A stretch of DNA of 64,000 nt from Haliotis rubra (Eukaryota): positions 1 through 64,000 of the forward strand of contig NW_025767277.1 in assembly GCF_003918875.1 (NCBI RefSeq). The letters run 5' to 3'. The position numbers and the translations under genes were made by a program. Of this stretch, positions 62,698 to 64,000 are shown in pieces. The notes beneath the pieces are model-generated. The model searched no databases. It was not told the DNA's origin and saw only the letters and a program-made list of their open reading frames with translations. Within the stretch, counting starts at the first letter, position 1. Every line of letters begins with the position of its first letter.

Positions 62698-64000
62698 GAT
62701 CTACCTCCCTCCTCTCTCCTACTACCTGTTCACCGCTGACGACAAACACGCGTTGATATTGCTCTTCTTGCCACTGGTCTGTTTTAAAACGCGTATCTCG
62801 GTAGTCTCTGCATTTGATACTTCAGATAATACAAAGGCGATATGGCGCGTAAAGGCGGGTATATGGCTTATGAGGTCTCCACTAGGCGAGGACGGTCTCT
62901 TCGTTTACAGAGGTTAGTGCTTGTTGGAATGTTTTGCGTTTCGTTGATGTTATGTCTTGGGAAATAACGACGAAGTATGCCGTCGTTAATAGACTATCCA
63001 GTGTTCGTGTGATAAGACCATAGTCGATGGTTTCGTTCCTGAACTGATTCATGACAACGTCTTCTCTGTCGACCTGTGTAGAACGTCGTATGGTGTCCTT
63101 TCTCTGATTAAAATGATGACTTGACCCAAGGAATCTGGGATGTCGATATGTGTTTTGTGTAATGTGTGCTTGACATTTTCTACGCACGCCGATCTGGTTG
63201 GAAATGTAGTTACTGATGTAAGGATTTCAACTTCTTCGCCGTATTGTTGTATGTGTCTTGGTGGTGGCCTACATACCACGCTCCGCGAATATTCAGCCAT
63301 TTGTTAAGCTGACAATAGACGGGTATTTGTATAATAATAACGATTAGCGCTTGTGGGTGCAATAAAGCTCACTTCTTTCACCTCGATTTTGGGGATATAC
63401 ACGTATATTCTTAGCGCTTGTGTAACTCCTGGCAATAACTCCGTCTTAATCATACGCTTTCGTATATGCGACCTTCAGAATGCACGTAATATTATGGCTC
63501 CTCTCCTTTTGTAGTCGGTGTCAGTGGGTAGACGGTGTGTTTTTGTGGCCCCGCGTGCTTGTGTGTTGTCTTGGTCACCGGGTCAGGGGTCGTGGGACAA
63601 GGCCGTGTCGTTCGTTCCGCATGGTTTGCTGAGGTAGGACGAAAAATGTCAGTCTACAGGGAGCTCTATACACTACTGACGTCTTATATGTTAGTGTTAT
63701 CCAACGATAAGACTGGTTTGATATTCTGAATGTGTTTACGGGTAAATTGAATAGAGGCCGTTTTATTTGGATTAAAATCAACTTGACATTTTTAGCCCAG
63801 TCTGATATTACAGAGAAATTATTATTCAGACATTGTGCTGCTACATTTGGATCGTTTATTACTACATAGAGTAAAGTGTCATCAGCAAACAGACTTATAT
63901 TACTGTTAATGCCATCGACAATATCGTTGATATAAACTAAGAATAATAACGGTCCTAAGACGGAACCTTTTGGGACGCCAGCTGTAACTGGTTTTAATTC

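Larger units (their letters stand above)
52213..63677 (-). mobile_element. Maverick/Polinton (adintovirus-like) endogenous element, decayed
   Basis: Co-oriented integrase, minor capsid, core-like protein, major capsid, adenain protease and A32-like ATPase. Right terminus 5'-AGTAGT at 63677 abuts LINE sequence. The left boundary is approximate. Confidence 0.9.
47853..64000 (-). mobile_element. CR1/L2-group LINE in three pieces (47853-48524, 51709-52212, 63678-64000)
   Basis: AGVPKGSVLGPLLFLVYINDI...LFADDT at 63850-63990; KVGPMINCLRSYKYR...FILPIFDYAC at 52090-52205; WNSLPPDIVNA|NTLGEFK joins across the MULE; C-terminal CNCGHHTEDALHFF. Confidence 0.9.

Overview
Eukaryotic, repeat-dense genomic DNA, most likely a mollusc (abalone-like SINE families and ankyrin-repeat style; host identity is inference). 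There is one N-gap (41850-41997), and many single-base indels may be consensus errors. Host-gene content: the 3' four exons of a tetraspanin (missed by the ORF track), an intronless ankyrin-repeat ORF, a two-lobed Schlafen/AlbA_2-like nuclease ORF with a rearranged paralogous fragment, and an unassigned multi-pass membrane ORF. Most of the rest is nested mobile DNA: Kolobok > 5S-containing SINE > Harbinger MITE, CR1/L2-group and Nimb/I LINEs, a Penelope remnant with a minimal hammerhead ribozyme, two Tc1 elements, MITEs and two SINE families. In the last 16 kb a CR1-group LINE is split by a FLYWCH-bearing MULE and by a ~11.5 kb decayed Maverick/Polinton (adintovirus-like) endogenous virus. That virus carries integrase-chromodomain, minor and major capsid, adenain protease and a zinc-finger-linked packaging ATPase, with an intact AGTAGT terminus but no recognisable protein-primed DNA polymerase.
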